A stretch of 64,000 nt of DNA, taken from contig NC_134029.1 of the NCBI RefSeq assembly GCF_964204645.1, forward strand, positions 8,892,850 to 8,956,849. Reading direction: 5' to 3'. How positions within the stretch are numbered: the first letter of the stretch is position 1; each line of letters opens with the position of its first letter. A model generated the notes under the pieces. It made no database searches. It was not told the DNA's origin and was given only the letters and a program-made list of their open reading frames with translations. Both the position numbers and the translations under genes were made by a program. Source of the DNA: Tubulanus polymorphus. Its lineage: Eukaryota > Animalia > Nemertea. This document shows, one piece after another, positions 63,033 through 64,000 of the stretch.

Positions 63033-63168
63033 ATGGATGAAGCTATTGAACGGACATTAAACCAACTGTGGAGGGGCAGTAAAAAGTGGCATTTACTAGC
63101 CTATCAGTTTTGGGTAGTACCTGCTAATATCGTGCTCGCACTTTTTACCATGTCGGCTGTTTTTATAG
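63033..63168 (+). CDS. First coding exon of an SLC22/organic cation transporter-like MFS gene (continues beyond the window)
   Basis: MDEAIERTLNQLWRGSKKWHLLAYQFWVVPANIVLALFTMSAVFIG resembles an SLC22 N-terminus + TM1; ttacag acceptor at 63008 and G|gtaagt donor. Confidence 0.7.
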
Positions 63169-63699
63169 GTAAGTCAGTTTTTAAACTAAAATGTGTATAG
63201 GTATTTGCTTTACAAAAATAATATGGACGCGTATAAGGTCCAGTCCCCCAAGAGATCCCTAACTACCCTTGGGTAAAAAACATTAGTTTTTGAAGCGTAT
63301 TGAAAATATAGATTCAACTGTCGACTTAATCGTCGTTCAATCATTGAGATTTCCACAGGCCTCGCAAAATAATCGCTTGTTTCTCATCAGTTTCGTTTTC
63401 CGCGCGCGTCAAAAGAAGTTCGTCAGTAAAAAATAAAAATAGAAAAGCGCATCCCGCGTGCAGAAATCGGTGTATGTTTCTTTTGTTTTTAGAGTAAAAC
63501 ACTCCCGCACTCATCCCGATAAACTATCTAATCACATATCTTTATTTCATGTTTTTCTTCACGGTCGCTCCCCAAGATTGTTACTGTGGCAGGTGAGTAT
63601 TTAGGTAACGAAGTGCTTTCCATCCTGATTCAAGGTCGATAACGCCTAAATCTCCCCCATCATACAATGAAAAATAGTTTAGAAGAGTTTTACGTCCCA

Positions 63700-63882
63700 A
63701 CTGCCAGTAACAGTGTAACCCTAGTGAGTCTTAAGAGACGGCCAGAGCCTTTTTATAGGTTGGTATGGCTCAGAACCTGACTTAGTTAGCATAGCTTAGT
63801 CCGTGTATGTGTCTCGAATTTCGAACTATATAGGGACCTCTTGGTGCCCAGTCCTCCACTCAACCAACTGAGCTAACTGCAC
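63700..63882 (-). mobile_element. Degenerate tRNA-derived SINE
   Basis: Minus-strand A-box TAGCTCAGTTGG and B-box-like AGTTCGAAATTC; no complete cloverleaf. Confidence 0.55.
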
Positions 63883-64000
63883 AGGACTCGTCACTTTCGG
63901 AACTTTGAATAAGGCTTTTTCCAATCTTTTTTTTTAAAGGGAAATAAAAATAAAAACCTGCCATCCTCGTCATTTTTCCAAAAAAGGGCTGATGAGAAAC

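Noticed and set aside
63563-63592. Second SLC22-like exon ending CAG|gtgagt
   Set aside because: Good donor but no AG acceptor in a compatible phase.

Overview
AT-rich, intron-containing eukaryotic DNA from an invertebrate animal (spiralian/lophotrochozoan-like by inference), with no prokaryotic features. Genes: the 3' part of a Cys-loop ligand-gated ion channel subunit on + (CG8916-like, 3 exons, 1285-6051) and a near-complete Grd-like subunit on - (8 exons, 32182-23348) face each other tail-to-tail. Between them lie three genes with uninterrupted coding regions (a 305-aa unknown, a 447-aa F-box/LRR-type protein, a 238-aa TMDD1-like signal peptide + death domain + TM protein) and a 67-aa TM micro-ORF. 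Further right are an intact class A GPCR with an inverted pseudogenised twin and the first coding exon of an SLC22-like transporter. The non-coding DNA is rich in small mobile elements. The most unusual signals are: (1) long hairpin elements whose loop is a minimal hammerhead-ribozyme motif of the Penelope-like-element type, one copy with a 6-bp target-site duplication (TSD); (2) a MITE family carrying a CTCF-consensus motif; (3) a MITE with 9-bp TSD and Pol III B-boxes in its terminal inverted repeats (TIRs); (4) a possible AUA start for the Grd-like gene; (5) a possible bicistronic microprotein/TMDD1-like unit. All homology calls come from motif recognition by eye, not database searches.
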